DNA of 64,000 nt, from NCBI GenBank assembly GCA_963767925.1, contig CAVYGB010000008.1:224001-288000 (forward strand), given 5' to 3'. This DNA is from an uncultured delta proteobacterium (GTDB lineage: Bacteria > Myxococcota_A > Polyangia > Fen-1088). A program made the position numbers and the translations under genes. Under the pieces are notes generated by a model. That model ran no database searches. It had not been told where the DNA came from and saw nothing but the letters and a program-made list of their open reading frames with translations. How positions within the stretch are numbered: position 1 is the first letter of the stretch; each line of letters opens with the position of its first letter. Shown here one piece after another: positions 23,514 to 33,957 of this stretch.

Positions 23514-23910
23514 GGTGTCGTTACCTCCACGCAACCAGCGGGGCATCTTGCCCGCATACTGCCAAACTTCTCTTACCGATTGAAGACCATGCCTTTTCTC
23601 CTCAAATGAGCCAGTTGGGGGATTGACAGATCGAAACCATCTCCCCCACCACGCCGTGCCACCTAACGCAACCCAGCAGCGAGAGTCACGTCGCCAGCCG
23701 GGCGGGGAGCCCGCGGTTCGGCAGCCGGTTCCAGCGAGGACGCTCCGGACGAGCAGCGCGCGCGGCTGTGGAAGCTCTGAGCGCGCTTCCGGCAACCAAG
23801 CTCGTCGGCGATCCTCCTACGGCCCTGTCGAGCTTGCCCGGATAACACCGGGTGTCATTCCGGGATGGACGGTGCGGCGGATCGTCGTTAGCGTGAGTCA
23901 CAGATGAGCC

Positions 23911-25616
23911 TTGTGTCGCGAAACAACATTGCGGAGTTTCCGAGATGACCGACGTGGCTCGCTCCCGACGCTGCGGTCGATCTGGCCGGTCCTGCTCTTC
24001 TCGGTCGGCTGCCTCGCCACCCCGAACCAGGCTCCTGACGACGTCGGGCGCCTCTCCCCTGGCTCTGCAGGCGCCGGCGGTTCAGGCGGGGCGGGCGGTT
24101 CGCTCGCGCCCGCGCCGGGGAGCGCGGGTGCCAATGGCCAGAGCGCCGTCCCTGGCGCCGTCTCTCCCGGCGATGGTCCCGCTGGACCTGCCGGAGGTGC
24201 CGGCGGCTCTGGCCCCGCCTCGCCTCCCGCTGCGGCTTGCGGAAACGGGCAGCTCGATCCCGGCGAGACCTGCGAACCAGTGGCCGACTGCCCGACCTCC
24301 TGCCCGGCGATAACGTGCGCCCGCCAACGCCTGGTCGGCACTGCTGACGCCTGCAACGTCCGTTGCGAGGAAGAGAAGATCACGACCTGCACCAACGGGG
24401 ACCAGTGCTGCCCCCGCGCCGCCAATTTAGCCTGCACCGCCATCAACGACGCCGAGTGCGCCGCCGTCTGTGACAACGGCGTGATCGAAGCCGGTGAGAC
24501 CTGCGACCCGAAGGGAACGTGCCAGGACCCGCGCCGAGGTCTGCAGGGATGACCGAGATACCCTGCGGACGCTGACCGGCGACTTCAACGCTTGCACGAC
24601 AGCCTGCACCGAGCGGAAGCGTCCCTGCCAGGCGGGCGACTCCCAGTGTCCGAGCGGCTGCACCGCCCTCACCGATCCCGAGTGCGCCGGCTGCGGGAAC
24701 GGCCGTCTGGATTCCGGCGAGACCTGCGATCCCCTCTCGTCCTGCCCGACCGCCTGCCCGGCCCAGGGCTGTCAGCTCCGCCGCCTGGTGGGCGGCGGCA
24801 CCTGCGAAGCCCGCTGCGAGGATGCCGGACCGCAGACGGCCTGCCGCTCCGGAGACGGCTGCTGCCCCGGATCCGGCTGCAGCTTCGCCAACGATCGCGA
24901 ATGCCCGGTCCGCTGTGGCGACCCCGACGGCATGTGCCCCTCGAGCTGCGCCGCCGGCCAGGACCCCGACTGCCGCAGCCCGATGGCCAGATCTGTCGGA
25001 GCGACGGCGAGTGCGTGAACGGAAACTGCGTCGACGGCATCTGCTGCAACACCCGCTGCGACGACGGCTGCCGCTCCTGCCGCACCAGCGGCCGCCTGGG
25101 CACCTGCTCCCCCCCGAGCACCACCGAAACCTGCGGCAACGGCCCGAACGGCGGCAACGGCCGCGACGACAACTGCAACGGGCAGACCGACGAGGGTTGC
25201 TGCGGGGCTAAAGGCCAGATCTGCTGCCGAGGCGACGACTGTAGTGGAGCGCTCGTATGTCAGAACAACCAATGCGTTGATTGCATCGATGGTTCAACCC
25301 GTTGCACCCCAATAAGTTGCGAATCGAGAGGTGCGTGAACGGGGCGTGGTCACAGTCGCCTTGTCCCCCTGTCGTACGGTTCAGTCAGACGCTAGCCGGG
25401 AGATGTTGGGACAGCGGATACTTCGAGAACCCAAATAGCGCGACATGCGGGTGTGCGCCCCAGACATGCATGTGCGTCGACGACCATCAGTTCATCAACT
25501 CGTTCTGTGCTCCTAGAGATGGGAGCGATGTATCGATCATCTGTGAAGGTCCGAATAGCTGCGCCAACGGTCGTTGCATCAATCTTCCCGACTCCGGGGG
25601 AGGGCAATGCTTCTGA
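23911..25616 (+). CDS. Cys-rich repeat lipoprotein, 3 apparent frameshifts
   Basis: Lipobox-like SVGC, Gly/Pro stalk, three C(G/D)NG..(D/E).GETC repeats, GDxCCP repeats, CVDGICCNT, DDNCNGQTDEG motif. Stitched from track ORFs 23911, 24494, 24592 and 25281. Start uncertain. Confidence 0.75.
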
Positions 25617-25751
25617 GCTCGAACGGCAGGCAGTGAAAGCCGGTCGACGAGCGCTGACCGAGGAATCGGGCCGAGCCTCTCGACAGCTAAAAGATCGGGA
25701 GCGCAGGCCGGTAACGATTCCCGCCTGTGCTCCCGTTCCAGCGCCGCTTTT

Positions 25752-26717
25752 TCAGTTCGCGACGAAGCAGTAGAATGAGCCGCGACCACCGCCGCTGCTC
25801 ACCGTGCCGCCGATGCCGTTCTGGTTGCCCATGATGGGGCCACAGCCCACGGCGTGAACGGCGTTCCAGGCGCCGAGGGCGGTGCCTTGAATGCCGCCGC
25901 CCATACGGTCGTGGTGGCCGACCGCGCCCTGGCCCATGGTCGACGTCCAGTTGGTGCAATGGCGAGCCATGGGGTCCTTGAGGCCCGTGGCGTTCGAGCC
26001 CGTGAGGATGTCATGGACGCCGGTCATTCCGCCGCCCATGGGGACGACCTGACCACGCTCGTCGAGAGCGTTGGAGGGGCTCCCGGCGACGCGCACGGCG
26101 TTCGCCATGCCGCCCTCCTCGTGAAGCTGCTCGAGGTTCTGGGCGACCATCACGCCCCGGGCGTTGACCCAGGGACCGGTGCCGATGCGGCTCCGCGCGT
26201 CCACGGTGCTGGTGCTCAGGTAGGCCTTCCAGTTCTTCGCCCCGAGGCCTGCCGAGACCGCCCCTGCCAGTTCCTTGCAGAGGGCATCGGCTCCGGCGAG
26301 ACCGTCCATGTCGGTCATGTTGAGACGGAGATCGCCGCCTCGCGCGCTGCCTCGGCTGGTCACGAAGAAGGACATCATGGCGCTCACGGGGCCGGCGGCG
26401 CCGCCGCCGGCGTCGGCGGGGCGGCCGTCGGAGGGACGGGAGTCGGGGCGGCGGCCGTCGGCGGGGCGGGCGGTGTCGGCGGGGCGGGCGGCGTCGGCGG
26501 GGCGAGCGCCACCGGTGCCGGCGCTACCACCTGTGCCGGCGCTACCACCTGTGCCGGCGCTGCCGCCGGTGCCGGCCGAGCCGCCGGTGCCGCCGCGACC
26601 ACCGGAACCGGCGCTGCCGCCGGTGCCGCCGGTGCCACCGCCGTTGGTGTCGTCGGCGGGACAGCCGGTGAGGGCCAGGGTGAACAGCCCGGCCAAGGTT
26701 AGAGCGATGCGTTTCAT
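25752..26717 (-). CDS. Endostatin/C-type-lectin-fold lipoprotein, paralog 2 (Gly-rich stalk)
   Basis: AGGAGG RBS, MKRIALT..LALTGC, GTGGSA and RPAD repeats, then the same domain motifs as paralog 1. Confidence 0.82.
   Translation of the reverse strand: MKRIALTLAGLFTLALTGCPADDTNGGGTGGTGGSAGSGGRGGTGGSAGTGGSAGTGGSAGTGGSAGTGGARPADAARPADTARPADGRRPDSRPSDGRPADAGGGAAGPVSAMMSFFVTSRGSARGGDLRLNMTDMDGLAGADALCKELAGAVSAGLGAKNWKAYLSTSTVDARSRIGTGPWVNARGVMVAQNLEQLHEEGGMANAVRVAGSPSNALDERGQVVPMGGGMTGVHDILTGSNATGLKDPMARHCTNWTSTMGQGAVGHHDRMGGGIQGTALGAWNAVHAVGCGPIMGNQNGIGGTVSSGGGRGSFYCFVAN
26410..26645 (-). repeat. In-frame, mostly 18-bp tandem repeats encoding GTGGSA and RP(A/S)D stalk units
   Basis: About 5 GTGGSA-type and about 6 RPxD-type units visible in DNA and protein. 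Confidence 0.8.
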
Positions 26718-26899
26718 TTCGAAGCCTCCTGACGAACGTGGTGGATGCTGGCCGGGGCGCGCTCCACGCGCGCGTGGGCACGTGAAGAGCCAGTTGCCGG
26801 TGCCCACCGCGGGATGCGGGACCGTGTGTGACGGGGCCAGCACGGATACTACCCCACCCTAGATGTGTCCTGTCCACCTGCCCGGCACGCACCCGATAG

Positions 26900-26930
26900 C
26901 CGTTTCCGCACAATTTTACTGCGGTAACGG
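26900..26930. promoter_or_regulatory. 31-bp imperfect palindrome with AT-rich centre, candidate operator
   Basis: CCGTTTCCGCA-CAATTTTAC-TGCGGTAACGG upstream of paralog 2. Confidence 0.45.
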
Positions 26931-27107
26931 TTCCAGCGGCCGGTTCGACGCGCCGCCGGGGAAACGGTGCGAGGACGCGACCGGCGCGGTCTGAAGCCCT
27001 GCGCGGAGACCTTTCGTTGCGTATGTGTGCCTCGGGGAGGCCGGGGCCGGACGGCCCCGGCGGGCGGGGAAGCAACGAGGGTCTACTTGCCGGCGGCCGA
27101 GGCCTTC

Positions 27108-27217
27108 GCCGCGGGGCGCGCCTCGGCGTCAGCGGAGGGGGAAGCAGAAGATGGAGCCGCGGGCCGGCGGGGGCGTCTCGGTGTCAGCGGAGGGCGAAGC
27201 AGAAGATGGAGCCGCGG
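27108..27217. repeat. 55-bp tandem duplication covering the 3' end of paralog 3
   Basis: 27108-27162 versus 27163-27217, 6 mismatches. Confidence 0.9.
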
Positions 27218-27936
27218 CCGCCGCCGCTGGAGACGGTGCCCTCGGCGCGGTTGACCGTGTCGGCGTCCATCGCCGGGGCCGGGGCGCAGCCGACGGAGTG
27301 GACGGAGTTCCAGGCGGTCGAGTCGCCGCCCTTGCGGTCGGAGTGGCCGACGATCGCTTCGCCCATGGTCGACGTCCAGCCGCTGCAGTGCTTGCCGTCG
27401 GGATCTCGCAGGCCGCCGGCGGTCGAGCCGGTCAGGATGTCGTGGCGCTCGGTGGGGACGTTCTGGCCCTGCTCGTCGAAGATGTTCTGGTACTCGCCGA
27501 CCAGCAGGTTGTTCATCACGCCGCCCTCCTCGTGCAACTGCGCGAGGCTCTCGGCGACGACGCTCATCTGGGCGTTGTACCAGGGGCCGGGTCCGATGCG
27601 GGAGCGGGCGTCGACCTCGCTGGTGCTGAGGTAGGCCCGCCAGGTCTTGTTGCCCAGCTCGGGCAGGACTGCCCCGGCGAGCTCCTTGCAGAACGCGTCC
27701 GCGCCGGCCAGGCCGTCGGCGTCGCTCTCGTTCTGGCGAAAGTCGCCGCCCTTGGGTCCGCCCCGGCTCGTCACGAAGAAGCTCATGGTCGAGTCGTAGC
27801 GAAAGTCGGGCTGTTCGAGGGCGCCGGCCATGCCGCCGTCGCCGGTTTCTTCCGGAGGAGGCGTGTCCTCGGATTTACAGCTCACGATGAGGGCGAGCGT
27901 GGCGAGGCGGGCGAGGGCAAAGGTAGGCTTCGGCAT
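27184..27936 (-). CDS. Endostatin/C-type-lectin-fold lipoprotein, paralog 3
   Basis: Lipobox LIVSC; FFVTS, GLAGAD..C, TWRAYLS, HDILTGS, VGHSD, IFCFA. Confidence 0.82.
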   Translation of the reverse strand: MPKPTFALARLATLALIVSCKSEDTPPPEETGDGGMAGALEQPDFRYDSTMSFFVTSRGGPKGGDFRQNESDADGLAGADAFCKELAGAVLPELGNKTWRAYLSTSEVDARSRIGPGPWYNAQMSVVAESLAQLHEEGGVMNNLLVGEYQNIFDEQGQNVPTERHDILTGSTAGGLRDPDGKHCSGWTSTMGEAIVGHSDRKGGDSTAWNSVHSVGCAPAPAMDADTVNRAEGTVSSGGGRGSIFCFALR

Positions 27937-28057
27937 GGGGGCTCCAGGGGGGAGAGAGCTGCCCCCCTTTAATGCGGGTGCGATCTCCCTGGCAAGGTGC
28001 GGCTCAGGCGCCGGCCGAAATTGCAGAGATCCCCCTACCGTTCGTTACGTTTCACGC

Positions 28058-28930
28058 TCAATCTGCGGCGAAACAGTAGATCGCCCCCGCGCCACCGTTG
28101 CTGGAGACGGTCCCCTCGCCCCGGTTTCCCTGACCCCCGCCCGGCACCGCTCCGCAGCCGACGGCGTGGGCCGCGTTCCAGGAGCGGCCGCCCCCGCCGG
28201 CGCCGCCGCCACCGGACCGGCGATCGCCGTGGCCCACCAGCGCCTGGACCTGGCTCGACTGCGACCGCCAGTTGCTGCAGGTCCGACCCTGTGGATCGAC
28301 GACGCCGCCGGCGGTGGAGCCGGTCAGGATGTCGTGCCGGGCCGGGTCGATGGGGTTGCCCCGCTCGTCGAGAGCGTTGAGGAACTCGGTTATGACGAGG
28401 TTGTTGGAGAGCTCCCCTTCTTCATGGAGCTGCTCCAGGTCCTGGGCGACGACGATGCCGCGCGCGTTCCGCCAGGGACCGGTGCCGATGCGGTCGCGCG
28501 CGTTCACGGTGTCGGTGCTCAGGTACGCGCGCCAGGTCTTCTGGCCCAGGGTGGCCAGGGCCTCGACGGCCAGCTCCCGGCAGAGCGCGTCCGCGCCCGC
28601 CAGTCCGTCTGCGTCGCCCATCTGCAGGCGGAAGTCGCCTCCGCCCCGCCGGGCGCCCCGGCTGGTGACGAAAAAGGTCGTCTCGGGATAGGTCGTTCCC
28701 ATCGGCGCCGCCGCGTCGGGCGGGGGGGACACGACCTCGATCGGCGGGGGCATCTCGGGAGGTGCGAGCGGCGGCAGCGGGGCACCGGGCGGGAAGAGGA
28801 CTCCGGGAGGCGGGGTGGGTAGAGGTGGGCGTACCGCCGGCGTCTCCGGCTCGAGCTGGCTCTTGTCCAGGCACCCAACGATTCCCCCCAGCGCGAGCAG
28901 GCTGATGAGAGTTCGCTCGATGAACAACAT
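28058..28930 (-). CDS. Endostatin/C-type-lectin-fold lipoprotein, paralog 4 (Pro-rich stalk)
   Basis: Lipobox IVGC, Pro-rich linker, same domain motifs. Confidence 0.82.
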   Translation of the reverse strand: MLFIERTLISLLALGGIVGCLDKSQLEPETPAVRPPLPTPPPGVLFPPGAPLPPLAPPEMPPPIEVVSPPPDAAAPMGTTYPETTFFVTSRGARRGGGDFRLQMGDADGLAGADALCRELAVEALATLGQKTWRAYLSTDTVNARDRIGTGPWRNARGIVVAQDLEQLHEEGELSNNLVITEFLNALDERGNPIDPARHDILTGSTAGGVVDPQGRTCSNWRSQSSQVQALVGHGDRRSGGGGAGGGGRSWNAAHAVGCGAVPGGGQGNRGEGTVSSNGGAGAIYCFAAD

Positions 28931-29229
28931 ACGATCTCCCTTCGAGTGCGGGGCCGAACGGGGGGCGGGATCCGGAGTCAGGTTCGGCAGAGTCGGGTAT
29001 CACCTGGGAGGGGCGCCACGATCGTTAATCTCGCCTCATCTTTCTATCAAGTTGTTAAAACGCGCGGGTCGCGCCGCCGCCGCGACGAATCATTCAGGCG
29101 CGCCACCGGGTACCTGTTGCACTGGATGTCGGGCCAGACGTTTCCCGGTTCCTTCCCCCGTTCTTGCCCCGGTTCGCGATGAGACTCGGTTCTTGCTCGG
29201 AGCGGCCGGCGGTGTCACCGTCCCACTTC

Positions 29230-30063
29230 ATGGAGCGCTCGTCTCTCAAGCTCTCCGAGATCCGGCGCCGCTACGTCGAGCGGCCGCGACCCCTGCCCGC
29301 GGCGCTCGAGGTGCGCCTGCGCAAGGATCCCCGGCCATCGGCCCAGGCCATCCTGGCGGCCGTCGAGCGCCGGCGCCGCGCCAACCGATCGGAGGGGCAG
29401 CGCCTCCGGACCATCCTGCGCTACGAGGGGAGCCTGTGGGCGGCGGGGGTCACCCTCGTGGCGGGCCTCGACGAGGCGGGCATGAGCCCGCTCGCCGGCC
29501 CGGTCGCGGCCGCCGCCGTCGTGTTCCCGCCCGGCACGCGCATCCCCCACGTGGACGACTGCAAGCGGCTGGACGCGCGCGAGCGGGAGCGGCTCGCGCC
29601 CATCATCCGGGCCGAGGCGCTGGCCTGGGCGGTGGCGTTCGTCGAGCCGGAGGACATCGATCGGCTCAACATCTACTGGGCGGGGATCGCCGCCATGACC
29701 CGGGCCCTCGCCAGCCTCTCGCTCGCCCCCGAGCACCTGCTGATCGACGGTCGCCGCCTGCGCGAGATCACGACCCCCCAGCAGGCCATCGTCCGCGGTG
29801 ACCAGAAGAGCCTGTCCATCGCCGCTGCCTCCATCCTCGCCAAGACCGCCCGCGACGCGCGCATGCGCGAGCTGGACGCCACCTATCCGGGCTACGGGTT
29901 TGCCCAGCACAAGGGCTACCCGGTCAAGGCCCACTTCGCGGCCCTGAGCCGGCTGGGGGCCTGCCCGGTTCACCGCCGCTCCTTCGCCCCGGTGCGCGAG
30001 GCGCTGGGGTTGCCCCCGCTGGCTCCGCCGGCCCCACCCGATCCCACCTTCATCACGTCGTGA
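29230..30063 (+). CDS. rnhB: Ribonuclease HII with N-terminal extension
   Basis: GLDEAGMSPLAGPV, DDCKRL, IDRLNI, LIDG, GDQKSLSIAAASILAK..RD, HKGY, HRRSF. Confidence 0.93.
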   Translation: MERSSLKLSEIRRRYVERPRPLPAALEVRLRKDPRPSAQAILAAVERRRRANRSEGQRLRTILRYEGSLWAAGVTLVAGLDEAGMSPLAGPVAAAAVVFPPGTRIPHVDDCKRLDARERERLAPIIRAEALAWAVAFVEPEDIDRLNIYWAGIAAMTRALASLSLAPEHLLIDGRRLREITTPQQAIVRGDQKSLSIAAASILAKTARDARMRELDATYPGYGFAQHKGYPVKAHFAALSRLGACPVHRRSFAPVREALGLPPLAPPAPPDPTFITS

Positions 30064-30959
30064 CCCAGCCAGCAGATGATCCGCTCGACGAGCTGTTCGC
30101 GGCCTCGCTGGCTGATTTCATCAAGACCCGCGATCGCCTTGCCGCCGAGGTGCGCAAGCGGGGCGACAAGGACCGGGCGGCCGAGGTCAAGGCCCTCGCC
30201 AAGCCGACGCCGGCGGCCTGGGCGGTCAACCAGGCCTCCCGGGCCAATCCCAGGGCCATGCAACGCCTGCTCGAGGCCAGCGACCGGATGGCCCGCCTGC
30301 AGCTCCGGGCCGGCGATCCCGAGAGCCGCCGGCGGTTCGAGGAGGCCAGCGCCGAGCACCGCCAGACCCTGGGTGAGCTGGTCGAGGGGGCCGCCGGGGC
30401 GCTGCGCGAAGCGGGTCACGCCGCCGCCCCGCCCGTGCTGGAGCGGGTGGCGAACAACCTGCGCTGGGGCGCGCTCGACGAGGATGCCCGCCCCCTGCTG
30501 ACCCGCGCGCGCCTGCAGCGCGACCTGGCCCCCGCCGGGTTCGGAGCCTTCGCCTCTCCCGAGCCAGCGGAGGAGGAAGCGACCATCGACCTGGCCCGCC
30601 CGCGATCGGCCGCGGGCCCCACCGTGGTGCCGCCCCGGCTGGTGCCTCACCCGTCGGCGGACCTGGGCGCGCTGCGGGTCCGCCTGCGCGAGGCGGAGAA
30701 GCGGACCCAGCAGGCGGAGGCGGAGCTCGAGCGCCGGGCGGCCGCGGCGCAGTCGGCGCAGGAGGAGCTGGCCGAGCACGAGCGCCAGACGCAGGCCGCA
30801 CAGGAAACCTTGCGCGCCGCCCAGAAGGCGCGCGCCGAGGCGGAGGCCCACCTCGCCCGGGAGGACACCTACCGCAAGTCGGCCGCCGCCGCGCTCGCCC
30901 TGGCCGAGGAGCCCGCCTCCGGAGACGAGCCTTCCGGGTCCGGGAAGCGCCGGCGGTGA
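30060..30959 (+). CDS. Conserved hypothetical helical/coiled-coil protein
   Basis: LDELF..FIKTRDRLA..KPTPAAWAVNQ..L.RDL.P.GFG then a coiled coil. GTGA overlaps on both sides. Confidence 0.7.
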   Translation: MTQPADDPLDELFAASLADFIKTRDRLAAEVRKRGDKDRAAEVKALAKPTPAAWAVNQASRANPRAMQRLLEASDRMARLQLRAGDPESRRRFEEASAEHRQTLGELVEGAAGALREAGHAAAPPVLERVANNLRWGALDEDARPLLTRARLQRDLAPAGFGAFASPEPAEEEATIDLARPRSAAGPTVVPPRLVPHPSADLGALRVRLREAEKRTQQAEAELERRAAAAQSAQEELAEHERQTQAAQETLRAAQKARAEAEAHLAREDTYRKSAAAALALAEEPASGDEPSGSGKRRR

Positions 30960-31885
30960 AGCGCGCGCTCTGGCCGGAGGGCCAGGACAACGTCCGCGTC
31001 GCCGTCGGCCCCGGTCGCGAGGTCAGCCTCACCAACCTGCGCAAGCCGTTCTGGCCCGAGCTCGGCGTCACCAAGGGCGACCTGCTCGCCTATTACGTGA
31101 GCGTGGCGCCGGTGCTCCTGCCGCACCTGCGCGACCGGGCCATGGTGATGAAGCGATACCCCAACGGGGCGGCCGGCGACTTCTTCTTCATGAAGCGGGC
31201 ACCCGAGCCGCGGCCCGCCTGGATCGAGACCTGCACCGTCGAGCACCGCTCGGGCACCGTGATCGACTTCCCGATGATCCAGGATGTGGCCGCCCTGCTG
31301 TGGGTGATCAACCTCGGCTGCATCGACCTCAACCCCTGGTACGCGCGCTGCGACGACCTGGATCGTCCGGACTTCCTGCACTTCGACCTCGACCCCGTCG
31401 AGGGCGCGACCTTCGAGAACGTCTGCGAGGCGGCGCTGGCCATCGAACGCTCCCTGGACGCGCTCGACATGCCGAGCTACGCCAAGACCACCGGATCGAA
31501 GGGGATCCACGTCTACGTCCCCATCGTGCGCGGTCCCCGGCAGAAGGAGGTCTGGGGCTTCGCCAAGGCGCTGGCCTACACCCTGGCCGGCCAGCGACCG
31601 GCCCTGCTCACCGTCGAATACCGGGTGGCCAATCGGCCCCGGGGCCGGGTGCTCGTCGATTACAACCAGAACGCCTGGGGCAAGACGCTGGCCTCCATCT
31701 ACTCCGTCCGCCCGCGGCCCCGCGCCTCGGTCTCGATGCCGGTCACCTGGAAGGAGGTGACCCGCGGCCTGGCGATCGAGGACTTCCGCATCGACAACGC
31801 CGCCGCGCGCATCGCGCGCCGGGGCGACCTGTGGGAGCCGCTGCTGAAGAGCAGCGGGCGGGTCCGGCTGGAAAAATTCCTCTGA
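30956..31885 (+). CDS. ligD: Stand-alone LigD polymerase (primase-polymerase) domain
   Basis: LTNL.K.FWP..TKGDL..YY, RYPNG, FF.K, FDLDP, KTTGSKGIHVYVP, VDYNQN..GKT..YSVR. No ligase or phosphoesterase domain. Confidence 0.9.
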   Translation: MKRALWPEGQDNVRVAVGPGREVSLTNLRKPFWPELGVTKGDLLAYYVSVAPVLLPHLRDRAMVMKRYPNGAAGDFFFMKRAPEPRPAWIETCTVEHRSGTVIDFPMIQDVAALLWVINLGCIDLNPWYARCDDLDRPDFLHFDLDPVEGATFENVCEAALAIERSLDALDMPSYAKTTGSKGIHVYVPIVRGPRQKEVWGFAKALAYTLAGQRPALLTVEYRVANRPRGRVLVDYNQNAWGKTLASIYSVRPRPRASVSMPVTWKEVTRGLAIEDFRIDNAAARIARRGDLWEPLLKSSGRVRLEKFL

Positions 31886-31893
31886 GGCGCGCC

Positions 31894-32235
31894 TCAGCGG
31901 CGGACGAAGGCAGCCAGGAACCAGGACACGAGGCTGGTCAGCAGCGCGCCGCCGATGGCCGAGCCCAGCGAAGCGACCTGGAACCCGGGCACGATGGCGG
32001 CGGCCAGGGCGAAGGTCAGCCCGTTGACCACGAGGTAAAATAGGCCGAGCGTCACGATCGTCAGCGGCAGGGTGAGCACCACCAGCACCGGTTTGACGAG
32101 AGCGTTGACCAGACCCAGCATCAACGAGCCAATCGCCAGCGCGACTCCAGAGCTGACCGACACGCCGGGGAGGACGTAGGCCGCCACGCCGACGGCGAGG
32201 GCGGTCACCACCCAGTGCACCAGAAAGAAGCCCAT
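31894..32235 (-). CDS. 4-TM membrane protein (phage holin 4/YvlD family)
   Basis: GLVNALVKPVL..LTLPLTIVTLGLF..VVNG signature. Confidence 0.88.
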   Translation of the reverse strand: MGFFLVHWVVTALAVGVAAYVLPGVSVSSGVALAIGSLMLGLVNALVKPVLVVLTLPLTIVTLGLFYLVVNGLTFALAAAIVPGFQVASLGSAIGGALLTSLVSWFLAAFVRR

Positions 32236-32469
32236 TTGCCCCTGCTTATACAGCGCCCCGGGCGAGGTGCAAGGTCAGTCGGTGTGCGCCGCGCTGGCGG
32301 CGTCTCGTCGTCGACGAGAACCGACCGTCCCGTCGCGACCGGATGGAGCCCGCGTCGGGTCGCTCTCGACGGCGGCGTCGGTGGATCTTTCCATCCGGGT
32401 TTGAGAATCGATTCCCTTGTTGCGGGTGCAAAGCGCATACGCCATTCTCCGTCCAGGGGACGATCGGAA

Positions 32470-33882
<1,413 letters not shown>

Positions 33883-33890
33883 GCCCCCTC

Positions 33891-33919
33891 CGAAGGCCGC
33901 GGGGCGGCTTTCGTTTTTT
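33891..33919 (+). terminator. Rho-independent terminator
   Basis: CGAAGGCCGC-GGG-GCGGCTTTCG followed by TTTTTT. Confidence 0.8.
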
Positions 33920-33957
33920 CCTCGCGCCGGTCGGGGGGCGGGTGATGCTGGGGCGGC

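Noticed and set aside
23911..25616. TraA/TraB outer-membrane-exchange locus
   Set aside because: No PA14-like domain, no MYXO-CTERM tail, and no adjacent OmpA-barrel traB.
19459..28930. Diversity-generating retroelement (orphan tip as template repeat for lectin-fold targets)
   Set aside because: No reverse transcriptase in the window. The fragment differs from every paralog by indels and non-adenine changes, unlike a near-identical TR/VR pair.
31894..32235. Prophage holin
   Set aside because: The family is a common chromosomal membrane protein, and no phage genes are nearby.
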